Shown: one piece after another, positions 50,801 to 61,368 of the stretch | Numbering within the stretch: the stretch's first letter is position 1 | How the letters are laid out: every line of letters begins with the position of its first letter | Source of the DNA: Ramazzottius varieornatus | Taxonomy: Eukaryota > Animalia > Tardigrada | Assembly: GCA_001949185.1 (NCBI GenBank) | Contig: BDGG01000019.1 | Location: 399,231-463,230 of the forward strand | DNA: 64,000 bases | Reading direction: 5' to 3' | The notes under the pieces: model-generated | What the model was told of the DNA's origin: nothing | Seen by the model: only the letters and a program-made list of their open reading frames with translations | Database searches by the model: none | Position numbers and translations under genes: made by a program

Positions 50801-52799
50801 GAACCATAAAGGGTCCCACAGCCGAACAGATGGCGCGGATCCATTAGAGCGGATTTAGTATGTTCAGGCCTGTAAGACGTAAATCTACAAACTAAACATT
50901 CATATTGTAAGGTGAGTTCAAAGGTGAGGTCTTGCCACGTCGACAAGGTACTTCTCACCTCAATCACCATGTCGTCACGATTCCTATAAGAAACTCATGG
51001 CTTTTTACGATATTTGAACCATATCATTTTGCCCTACCCGAACTGGAAGTAAGGTGAAACTCTTAATTCCTTCATGTTACCCACCTTTGGGGTCAGACTG
51101 GAATCACGACTTGGGTTTCCAGCTCTAACGATCAAGCCAGCCAGGCGTCCAGCTGCAAGAGCCAGGTTCTCCTACACATCGTCGTAACACACCTTCCAAC
51201 CTAGGTTGTTCGCTGCAGTTAACCCCGTGCACAATGCGGAAGTGCGAAGGTACTGATTACGTAATGTAAAGCTTAAAAGTTCAATATTACTAGCTAGTGG
51301 TTCTGACCACTGGGAAGGCCGAGCAAAGGAGGCAAAAGACTAGGCCATACATTTCTACTGCGTTACGTTGCAGTTGCGAGTAAAACATTTCTGTTGCCCG
51401 GATCAAGGTACGCATTTGTTTTCAGTACAGAGTTTGCGATATGTGAGAGGTCGAACAATCTGATCGTCCATTGATATCTCGACAGACTTGAAAGGGCCTG
51501 CTTCGCTCGGCCTGATAATGACCGACAGGTGTCCTTGCTCTGTATGACACTTTACGTATACGAACAACGATGGACGATCGTCAAATTCAACTAGTCGAAG
51601 TTAGGGTTAGGTCCGTGAGCTGACTTCCTTGTGAAATGCAAAACGCAAACCAGCATGAATACTGATGTACTGTACTTGTCGCTACTTGAAAATGAGGATT
51701 GCATTAACCCAGAGGAAAGACTGTTCTATGTACAAACACTAGCCATTACAAGATGTACCAGGAGGAAAGGATGAACGCCAAATCCGGATTCTGCAACATC
51801 AGTGAGACAGCGTCCACGTCTGACAAGGACTCGAAGAACATTGATATTTGCGACCGTAGAGTACTTTTTTCTTCCAGAGCAAGCTCAATGTTCCTTTCTC
51901 AAAACTTAGCAAATTTTTACATGGTTTCTACTTGGAGCTGAAGTTGCCTTTCTCTTCGTTTTCGCCAAGTATCAGGTAACTGATGCGGTCAAGACCCGGA
52001 AACATGCACCAATGACGTACACCGAGGGTAGCCGAGTATACGTACATTCGGTGAGCGGAAGTAAATGGATAAATCTCTCCAAATCCATATTTAAAAGTCC
52101 CAGAAGGATTTTCTGGGGAACGGATGGTTAAAAAGGCGGCCCAAGGCGATGCAGTACTATCTCACTCACAAACCTAGCGCAGTCGTTGACCATTTGTGTT
52201 CTTGAAGCTCGGTTCTACAGTAGTATCCCTCCTGGTACAGGTACCTCCGTCGTGTTCCAATCAAGGATCCTCAGACAGAATGCGCTTGCGAGCACCAAAG
52301 ACTTCCGGAACGAAGGGTCTTCCGCTCCAACTCTTCCCCTTTACCGCAAGAGACAAATGTTGCGACGAATGTGTCGATCGACAAGAAGGACTTTGATGTC
52401 GGAATGGGCAACGGACCCTCGAGGTCAAGTGCGAACCTCACATGTACAGGTACTACAATGGCAGTGCAGGACCGTAGTTTCATTGATGAAAAAATGTAAG
52501 CCCAGCGTCTGCACATCCTAAATCAAAAAATCCTTGGTACCCGGAAAACTATCCTGATTTAAGTTAAACAAACATCCACGCTGGGGAGTGATACCATAGG
52601 TTAGCTAATAAGGTTAGTCCGTCAACGGGACCATGTACCAGGTGCGACCGTGCGAAAGTATACCTTGTTACACCCGCGACGAAGATTTCCAGAAAATTTT
52701 CCTGACTTCGAACCTCGGTATTTTTCATCAGGTTATCCACCCACAGTAGCGTGGTACTTTAATCATTCTTCTAGCAGCGAGTACATGCCCTTAACTTAC

Positions 52800-53620
52800 T
52801 GTGGGAGCATGGGGGGAAAGAAAGGATAAACTCTCTGCAGTTTCTTTTTGCAGCCTCTATGTATGAGGGAAATTGTTCTTCCGCGCTGCAGGCGCTCTAA
52901 TTTTTCGAAATGGTGATAATACTTTGGTGTCAAGTCCTTTCCTGCTGGTGTGTGAAGGAGAGTTTTCAGTTCCAGCTCCTGCAGTTTTGCGGAAGCGTTA
53001 TGTTCATTGTGCACCCTAGCGCTAACTTGCAACATTAGTGCTTCAAGTCGACTGGATAATTGCGTTCAGTGAACGGCAAGTCTTTTCATCATTCTTCCCC
53101 GTACCAGAGAGGTCCAGTCTTCGGCTGCCGTTATGCCGGGCATAAGAATGTGAGATAGCAACCAGACAGTAACTATAATTTTCCTTTGGTACCAATCGTG
53201 AGCGGTACCGGTGCCGCTCACGATTCGAAATTTCTGCGGTACTTCCGCTCTTTCGAAACATTTCGTTATTTTATCCAAGACGTCCTTTGCAGTCCACTTC
53301 TTATGGCGGGCAACAATGCAATCTCAAATCGGTTCGTTCACAACTCACAACCGAGACGGCGAGGAAAAGCGAAACTCATCGTTATTTGCAAGGTGCGCGA
53401 GGTATACGGAGTATCCGATTCCCTTCTGTCTTCCCGTTTTGTCTAGATGTCCAGCGAGGATTTAGCGAGACACCTTGAAGTCTCGTACGGATTTCACAAG
53501 GGATCGGGGAGAATCGGATTCAGCAAACTCTCCCAGCATGTTGTTGTACACTTCCAATTTCAGTCTTCAGAGGGTGAAGTCCGAGTAAAAAAACTCCGGA
53601 GCGGAAAAGATGTACCCAGT
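52800..53620 (-). pseudogene. Possible decayed coding sequence of unknown family
   Basis: ORF pieces 53066-53278 and 52796-53035 share one frame and protein-like sequence continues upstream through several stops; no family recognised. Confidence 0.3.
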
Positions 53621-55219
53621 CTCTTATGGTACGCTTGTTAGCTGCTCTGTTCCCAGAAATCTAGCATATCTTCTTGCCCCTGTGGGATCTATTGGCGCCT
53701 CGAAAAAATTCATAGTCTTGAATAACCTAAAATTTTGTTATCCACGATTGAGACAAAATTATTCCTGCTTTACCGCGAAGCTGAAAAACTCAGCACAGTA
53801 GAAAGCCAAACGATAGTTAGGAGTTGGTAAAGTGATAGAAAAAAAACTTCATGGCAAAAGAACGAGGGGGATCCGCGTGTAACTACTATGAATGAGTTGT
53901 TGAAGAGTAAGTGTTTCCAGGAGTAACAAGGTATACTTTCTCACCTATTAATAATAGATATATCGAATACCAGTCCGCCGGAGTTACTCCTGTGGTTCGA
54001 GCAAGCACTTTCCTCTAACTTGACTACTTGGTGCAACAGTATGGTGGTCGGCCAGGATGTGAGGATTGGCTGTTACAGCTGCGCTTGCAAAGCCGATACG
54101 ATGCTCTTGTAGGAGTTGACGTTGTTCCTGAAGTATCCACAGAGTATCCCAAAGGACCATTGCGTTTAGGGACCACCACATCCGCTCAAGTGTTTTTCTT
54201 CATTGTTCATAAGAAAAACCTGCCCTCGTCGGAAAGCTCTCGTTACATCGAGCTCTTTAGCCGGAATCTGACCCACCCCACACACAAAGAACAGTGCGGG
54301 ACCGAGTTCAGTCTTGCGGTACCCCATGCGCATATGTTCCTACACGATCAAACCTCGGTCTGACACCTCAAACAGACGTGCGCTCATCTCCGAAGAGGCC
54401 GAGAGCTTGGTATTTGAGCTACCGGCCACCAGGAAAGGCGATCACGGAAAGCTGACCACGAGCTATTAGCCATTTACACGAAATGTTCAAGAAATAGACC
54501 GCCAACAATGCTCAAGTCGGCTTATCAAAATTCCCCATGCCGTTCGCCTTCGTCAGTCAATGTCTTTAATAAACCGCCAGGTAGTTTCCGAAATTTGGAC
54601 GCCGAGGGTTCCTGGTTCCGAATTGGCGGGCAATATCTGCAGAAAGAAAACGCACGTATCATTAGCTTCTCGTGCAACAGAACGCAGCCGCGTGCGTACG
54701 GCCGACCAATGGTCATTGAATTGGGACAAAGGCTCACTAAAGATTGATTAAACAATCACAGCTGTTTCATGCGTGTCCCTGATTCTGGTTTGCTCCATTT
54801 TCCTCTTGGTCTCATTACATTGATGCTTTATCTCGTAGGTCCCTCTTTGAAGCGCTGGACTTGGAAACAATGGCGGCCAAACTTTATAGGTCTGGATAAG
54901 CACCTTCTCCTTCCTCGCGATCGCTTTGAAACAGTAGCGCACGGGTACCCGGAAACGATTTACAGCAAAGAATAATATTATTTGAAGATCATCGTCAACC
55001 TCCAGCGTTCTCGATCGAATGGAAATCACTTCCGCCAGGCGACAGCCCGTTACGTTGAAGAAGACTTGCCGGAAGAGTACTTCGATAATTTCAAAGATCT
55101 CATCACCAAACCACAGCTGATCGATGGCATCGCGGAAGCTAACATCCTGCATCTCTACACTCCACAGATGCTCTTCGTCTAGGCAAGTAATTTCCATCAA
55201 CAAAAAGTTTGTTCGGAAC

Positions 55220-55325
55220 GTCAGCAAACGAACAAAACATGATCCTCACCCCAAGTGGTGCATCTCATTGTAGTGGAAAGAGTACGCCACTCGGGATGAC
55301 GGTCATGTTCAAGCCTTTTGCCGAT
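55220..55325. repeat. Palindromic repeat family copy in helicase intron
   Basis: CCCAAGTGGTGCA..TACGCCACTCGGGATGACGGTC..TTTGCCGA. Confidence 0.7.
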
Positions 55326-55644
55326 GTCTCAATTTATTTGTGAAAAACCTCTGCTAATTAACCGACTTGCTTTTTCATGGTTTTAGGAATGTTTGAAGGG
55401 TGGGGACATCTTTTGTAAACTGCCCGCCAAGTCCGGCAAGACGGCTATCTTTATTCTGGCTACTTTGCAGACGTTAGAAATGAACCCATCACGTCGCAGT
55501 TACCGAGCTCCTGAAATTGTTGTCATCGCGCCAACTCGCGAGCTGGCCGGTAAGAGAAATTCACCGACTGGCTCGGTAGTTTTTCAAGCATGAAACGGAG
55601 GGCCGAAGCTCAACCGGAAGTTAATTGATATGAAAAGTCACAAA

Positions 55645-55832
55645 GCCGTTCGACCAGTTTTTTCCCCAAGTAGCGCGCGTTTTCATAAGATATGTTGGCA
55701 GCTGTGCGCCACTCAGAAGAACGATCTAGTCGAGTTTCGTTTCCGAAGGGGCGCACGTCGTCGGTGATTTTGGCTTGAAGCCTGCATCACACGAAGACAC
55801 GATCTGGTAGAGTCTATACTCCGAGCTCCCAT
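55645..55832. repeat. Palindromic repeat family copy, two units, in helicase intron
   Basis: CCCAAGTAGCGCGCG..GTGCGCCACTC..ACGATCTAGTCGAGTTT..GGGGCGCACG..GATCTGG..CCGAGCTCCC. Confidence 0.8.
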
Positions 55833-56254
55833 ATATGATTTCTGTCTTTTCCAGAACAAACCACCAAATCTACCAGCTCTTTGGCAAACGAATGCCGGGC
55901 CTCAACGTTCGCTTGTTCATCGGTAGACTGAGCACGTACCGCGATGACGTTCGAGGAATGCTGATTTCGAAGCAGCATCTTCACGTGGTGGTGGCCACTC
56001 CGGGCCGACTGCGTAAGCTGGTCCTCGACGGATCGCTGCATATGACGGGCGTCAAGCACTTCCTCTTTGACGAAGCTGACAGGATCCTGGCCGACGAACG
56101 AATGAGGGAAGACACGCACGAGGTCTTCGTGAAGACTGACCGTCGGAAGCAAACCCTGGTCTTCAGTTCTACCTACTCGGGCATATTCAAGGATGTTTGT
56201 AAGCGATATCTCCGACGCGTAAGTCAAAATCTAACCTTCCAACATGGAATCCCC

Positions 56255-56375
56255 ATGGTGCGCCGGCAATCCAATCGTACCGCATCATTACGTCAAGTGG
56301 TGCACTTTACCATTGGTTTTTGCTGAAAGCGTGCGTCACTTGACGTAATATTCGTGGAAATTTCGTCTGCCGGAC
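56255..56375. repeat. Palindromic repeat family copy in helicase intron
   Basis: TTACGTCAAGTGGTGCAC..GCGTGCGTCACTTGACGTAA. Confidence 0.8.
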
Positions 56376-57344
56376 TGTCACATCTTATACTGTAACTCTG
56401 CCACTTTAGTGGTGTTTTAATTTTTTTTCAGCCTTTTGTATGGAAAGAAACTGTAGCTCGAGATAGTGTATCCCGTCGTGATACTGAAGTTCTTCACCGT
56501 TATTTCTATGTTCATGAGCGAGACAAGATGGGGTACCTCGGGAGGTTCCTGCGGCTCACTGGTGATGCCGAGCCCGAACGACAGATGTGAGCGCTCAACT
56601 TCGACAGCCGCCTCTGTTTTACTGTAACAGCGATAGCCTTTTGACATGAGTTACCTGGGGTTTTTAGTTTGGTATTCGTCGATACGCGAGAACGGTGCGA
56701 GCCCCTGCTGGGATACCTGGTGGACCAAAACTTTGATGCCATTCAGATCCAGGGCGGTTTGATGCAAGCCTGTCGATTCTACTGTTACGCCTTGGCCAAA
56801 CACAGCAAGAAGAAAGTCCTGGTGACGACTAACCTCTGCGCACGAGGTATTTCGTGCTTATTTCGTTACGGATCCTGAAGTGAATCAGTGAAGTTTTTCA
56901 GTCTCTGCTCTGTAGGTTTGGACATTCCGGAGGTTAGTATAATCATCAACTTCGGCTGTCCCAAAGGTCGCTCTGATGGCGGTCAGCTAGACGCCGTCGC
57001 CGCTCGTGACACGTATCATCATCGCGGGAACAGATGCGGGCGTGAAATGAGACGTTGTCTGGTTTTAACATTTGCTAGGGATCACACCGATGTTTGCTTC
57101 CTTCGCACGGAGGTCGCGCGAGGCTTGAGTGTCGACATACTCGACTTGACCGACTGAGAACAGAGTCCGGACAACTTTAGTAACTCCCGTTCAAACACTT
57201 CTTTTTTAGTCTTGAGTTCCGATCACGCCACAGGTAGTTTTATCACAGCGATTTCTTGTGAGTGAGCACGGTTTGTAATTTAGTCCTGTAACGACGCATT
57301 TTCTTCGGTTGCTCATTCTTTTCCAGTTTTTCGTTGAAGTAGTA

Positions 57345-57916
57345 CACGCGGCTGGCTTTATTATTGGCCCGGACAAGATTTCTGGCCGGACGGGCTGGCG
57401 GCAGTTTAACGCAGAGTTTGTTGTGTAGTAGCAGAAACTAGCCCTGTGACGTCAGCAAGTAAAATTTCGCAGTGCCATTCCAGATTTCGTTTCTTATTTC
57501 GTACTTCTTTTCCCATCTTGAGGAAGGTTAGCGTGGAATATGTCGGAAGGTCTTAAGAGCAAGAGACAGCGGAAGTATACGGAGGATAGCCTGAAAACGG
57601 CAGTTCGTGCGGTTGCCTTCATAAGGTGGTGGATTGCCTAAGTAAAGGCCTTTCCGGCCAAAAAAGTCAAGTTTCAACGTTGATTTACCATCAGAGCTGC
57701 ATTTGCCTAGCAAAATAACCATGCATATAGAAGGAACCAGATCTACGATGATTGAGAAGATCTTTGCAAACGTTTGGTTGTTCGTGTAGGTAAAGCGGTA
57801 ATGTGTGGTAAAACCAGTTCAGTTTCGGCCGCAAGAGAATACAGATGGTGGAGCCGCTGATCCGGAAATCAGTGGCCAGAAATTTTGTCCAGGCCAATAA
57901 TTAGGCCAGCCGCGTG
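57345..57916. mobile_element. TA-flanked non-autonomous DNA transposon, family 3, 572 bp
   Basis: TA both sides; about 43-bp imperfect TIR CACGCGGCTGGCTTTATTATTGGCCCGGACAAGATTTCTGGCC / GGCCAGAAATTTTGTCCAGGCCAATAATTAGGCCAGCCGCGTG. Confidence 0.85.
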
Positions 57917-58407
57917 TACTTTACCTTTTGTTTACCCTGGTTATACTAGAAGACAACCGAGAGCGATGAAAACGGTACTTATTCCTTTTACATCGTTGTA
58001 CTCTACTCAAATAAGTTTATACTTCGGGGGCGAAGATGCTCAAGACCGGGTCGGTCTGGGTTTACGCAAAGATACAAAATAAAGCCGTAATAACCAACCC
58101 TGAAATCTACAGCGAAGCGTCTCCCTTCTAGAATGGTCGATGCGTCACTTTTAGTCTTACGTGTCTATAGAAGAGGAGAGCAAACGCCATTTTGAGTTTC
58201 GCTCAAGGAAAAAGAGCAAAATGATAACCATGCATGCATATTACGAAACTGCAGCAGATACGGTAGTCAGATTTTGTCATTTCGAACAAATATCACGAGC
58301 TTTGATACTGTATCGATCATGATATCCAATAATTTTTCTCAGTAAAGAATGTGACAGTCGTTGAAGAGGAACAGAAAAAAGCTTCGGGTGGACGAACCTG
58401 TGTTGGA

Positions 58408-58520
58408 CATCGGCAAAAGAAGCCCCACAGATCGTTCTCTCGAGTGGCGCACGTTCCATTGTTTTTGATCGAGCGCGTGCGCCACTTGGGATAGCGATCA
58501 GTGTGGATGCATTTGCAGAC
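58408..58520. repeat. Palindromic repeat family copy just 3' of the ALF-like stop codon
   Basis: GATCGTTCTCTCGAGTGGCGCACG..CGTGCGCCACTTGGGATAGCGATC. Confidence 0.85.
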
Positions 58521-58539
58521 GCCCCATCTGGTATACAGT

Positions 58540-59061
58540 TTAACAATTGGCATGTAGATGTTCAATTACGTCGGCTTTGGCTTCTTGGCGAATTTCCCTG
58601 TGATTATTGATGGCTCTGATGAGCTGGACCTTATCTTTTCCGGCGCGGCACAAGGCCACCACGTAGCCACGATAGGGTACCTCGAAAGCAGTGTTGTCTT
58701 TCCGTTTCAGGCAATCTGCACTGTCCCAGTTTCCCAGACCTTTGCACTCCAGTTGACCGATAAAGCGATACTTGAGCAGGTAACAGAAGCGTCCAGTCAG
58801 GCGGTACTGACACTTGTGGCCGAAGACGTCCGTCCAGTCCGACTTCTTGTTGAAGGCAATACCCAAAAAGTCCTTTCCCAGTTTGACCATCTGCTTAGCG
58901 ATGCCAATGTACAATGGAATATCGACCACGGCCAGCTTTCGGTTTCGTTCTATGGTGGATGTGGCCGTCAGAGGCTCTCCTAGAGCAGGCGGCTTGGACC
59001 GAACGCCGACCGAGACCGCCACCAGCAACAGCGCAACTTGAACGGGAAGCCGAACAGCCAT
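58540..59061 (-). CDS. Secreted anti-lipopolysaccharide factor (ALF)-like protein, 173 aa, intronless
   Basis: Signal peptide, then TDVFGHKCQYRLTGRFCYLLKYRFIGQLECKG, which matches the ALF pattern (T-E/D-x-x-G-H-x-C..cationic beta hairpin..G-x-x-x-C-x-G), followed by a helical YVVALCRAG segment. Recognised by eye. Confidence 0.6.
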   Translation of the reverse strand: MAVRLPVQVALLLVAVSVGVRSKPPALGEPLTATSTIERNRKLAVVDIPLYIGIAKQMVKLGKDFLGIAFNKKSDWTDVFGHKCQYRLTGRFCYLLKYRFIGQLECKGLGNWDSADCLKRKDNTAFEVPYRGYVVALCRAGKDKVQLIRAINNHREIRQEAKADVIEHLHANC

Positions 59062-59933
59062 CTTGACCTACGATACAAACAAGTACTCGTAGTAAGCAAA
59101 GACAGATCCGTGTCAAAGGGATGGAATGACGAAGTTACCGCAACAAGACAGAAAAAATACCGGCAGCCTCGGAGAGTTTCGGTTCTAGACTTTGGGGCAG
59201 ACAGATACAGCGTTGTATGCTTAAGCTTTGCAGCCAGATGTTTAATAAGGCAATTAAGAGTTGTATACGAATTTTGGATGATTTAGACGAGGAACCAAAT
59301 CGTTTTTATACAATTCCGTAATTGACAGGTCACGGTAAGCCAAGTCAAACCCTGCCACCATCCCCATCTCCATATCAGGGCGACAAACCCAATAGAACTG
59401 TAACGAACGAACTTGACTCATGGGAGTCCTGCGCTGGACATTCAATAGTCGTATTTTGAAATGCAATCAGTTGTGTAACTTCGACGTTATTTAATTTGAG
59501 TGAGGTTTGTAATTCGTTCGTAGATAGCGCGGTATTCTGGTCGAAACACTCGTCACCAACCATGAGCACGGCACACCTAGGCTGCTCCCTGCAACAGTCA
59601 GGCTACCGTCGAACCAATCTGGGATGGTTCACTGTCAAAGTGGACTTTGCCGCGCAACGAAATACCGCGAGAGGCTCATTACAGATTTGGAGGAAGTTTT
59701 AGAGAACTCGGACTGTTCGACGCGGCGGAATTTCCCGACTTTATTGGCGTCGCGCCTAACAAAATCGCAGGCAAATTGCAGAGCTGAAGCTGGAAGTAGT
59801 GTACTCAGGATAGAGTTGAAATTCAGGTCCGCCATTCTCGCATTAATATATTAAACCGGGTGGATGACAATACATAAACTGCGCATAAATCTATACTGAG
59901 CATTTGCATTATATGAGCAGAGGGGAATACAGT

Positions 59934-60617
59934 TTACGCAGCGCCCATCTTGGCGTGTTCTTTCAACGGGTAATGTTCAGGGTTGGAGCGGACAAAATCC
60001 ATCATTTCCTTCCGTTGCTTCTGTAGGTGCCACGGAAGCTCGTCATAGACATCATTGAAAAGCTCCTCCGGCGAAGGTTTCTTCTTGTGCTCGGCACGCT
60101 GGAATGCCTGCATGACTTGCTTCTTAGCTTGGTCTTTCCACTGCGTCTCCTTCTCGTCGTTCCAGTAACCCTTCTGCGTGATGTATCGGCGGAAGCGAGC
60201 GATGGGATTATCCTCCTTGTCCCAGTATTTCACCTACGCAAGTCAAGCCCAAAATGCCATATTTATCATTAAGATTGCTCCAGATTTCGGACCTCGGCAA
60301 ACAGACCCGACCAGATCGTTTTCCTAAGTGGCGCACCCTTCCAGACGATATCACTGAGCACATGCGCCACAGTCTTGTCGACGTTTTGTGTTGTTTTCCT
60401 AAGTAGCGCACGTTCTCGGTGGTAATGGCCGGTAAGGTGCACCACTTGGGACAAACGATCTGGTCGTGTTGGTTGGCGAAGCTTCCCATTATATTTTGGG
60501 AGAACTTCGAAAAGTTTACTAAGCGTTAGTTTTTGCTGAATGAGCAGTCGGTGCATACTTCGTCGACAGAGCGGTAAGCCGAACTATCGTCGGAAGTCGA
60601 GTGATGTTCAATGCGGT
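59934..60617 (-). pseudogene. BCKDHA: Branched-chain alpha-ketoacid dehydrogenase E1 alpha, 3' portion only (truncated copy, or end of a gene with a very long intron)
   Basis: Exon 60617-60558 YRIEHHSTSDDSSAYRSVDE, intron with palindromic repeat, exon 60233-59934 VKYWDKEDNPIARFRRY..KKPSPEELFNDVYDELPWHL..EHYPL. No clear earlier exons in the remaining 3.4 kb. Confidence 0.75.
60288..60490. repeat. Palindromic repeat family copy, two units, in BCKDHA intron
   Basis: CTCGGCAAACAGACCCGACCAGATCGTTTTCCTAAGTGGCGCAC..TGCGCCAC..TAAGTAGCGCACG..CACCACTTGGGACAAACGATCTGGTCG. Confidence 0.9.
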
Positions 60618-61368
60618 ATGGTGGTTCCTCCGGCATCAAAGATCTCATAATCCTCCGATCGTACTTACCTGTAGTGCGATGCTTTCAAAGCGAGCCGTTA
60701 CAGAGCTTTCCTCACTGGTCAAAAAAATTTTCTGGCCGTATCCACCAAAGTAGCTGGTGTAAGTACACCACGAAGCCAGTTTAGTCTTTGTAAGCCTTTA
60801 TTAAGTGATGAAAAATATGAAATACTTCGAAAATCACGTACAGTGGGGCGAGGGGCCAGCGTGAGTCACAGAACTGAACTTTCAGCGCTGGCTTTTCGCC
60901 CAAGGAATCCGCTCATCACAGAACAGTCCAGCAAAAAACAACCGTTCTCATGTAGCATCATCCACAACCTCGCATTCTATCGCGCTGCATTTCCATTGTG
61001 GTAAAGAATGGCCTACCTTCAGTGTGATTTTTGGCGCTCACTGAATCTCATTTATGTGATCGACAGTTCGATTGTTTTCCGAGTTTTTTTGTCTCCTGTT
61101 TCGATACGCACTGGATTTTAACGAGGTGTCCCTTTCGTGGACAGTAAGTCACCTAGTCAGAAACGTACTGCGATGTAAGCAAACTGAGCGAAAACATTAA
61201 TCTGTGCAAAATTGTTTATAGCTAATCTTCCTTACTTCGAACACAGACCTTCCCAGCTAACCGTGCATAATTCTGAAAGCGAATCCAGTTTGCCCAATAG
61301 TCCCATCAGAAACGCCGGCGGAAGTACACAGGTAAAGTTTTTCTACCTGTCTTTTGACAGTTTCCGTA

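Larger units (their letters stand above)
54508..57157 (+). pseudogene. Divergent DEAD-box RNA helicase (UAP56/DDX39-like) with an in-frame TAG and a 1-bp deletion; 5' end uncertain
   Basis: Q motif region FKDLITKPQLIDGI..Q, KSGKTAIF, PTRELA, VVVATPGRL, DEAD, FSST, VLVTTNLCARG|LDIPEV, YHHRGNRCGR over exons approx. ..55182, 55387-55549, 55855-56218, 56432-56586, 56668-56847, 56916-57157. TAG at 55180-55182; phase mismatch of one base just after 55855. Confidence 0.75.

Noticed and set aside
55180-55182. Reassigned TAG codon (alternative genetic code)
   Set aside because: TAG serves as the normal stop for other genes here (18189, 31181, 47777) and the same gene has a separate frameshift.
11360-60490. 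CRISPR array or bacterial REP interpretation of the palindromes
   Set aside because: Dispersed, diverged copies in spliceosomal introns of animal genes; no repeat-spacer periodicity, no cas or RAYT gene.
19421-60557. Palindromic element as an Introner that creates introns
   Set aside because: Copies sit mid-intron with unrelated sequence between them and the splice sites, and also occur in introns shared by paralogs that lack the element.
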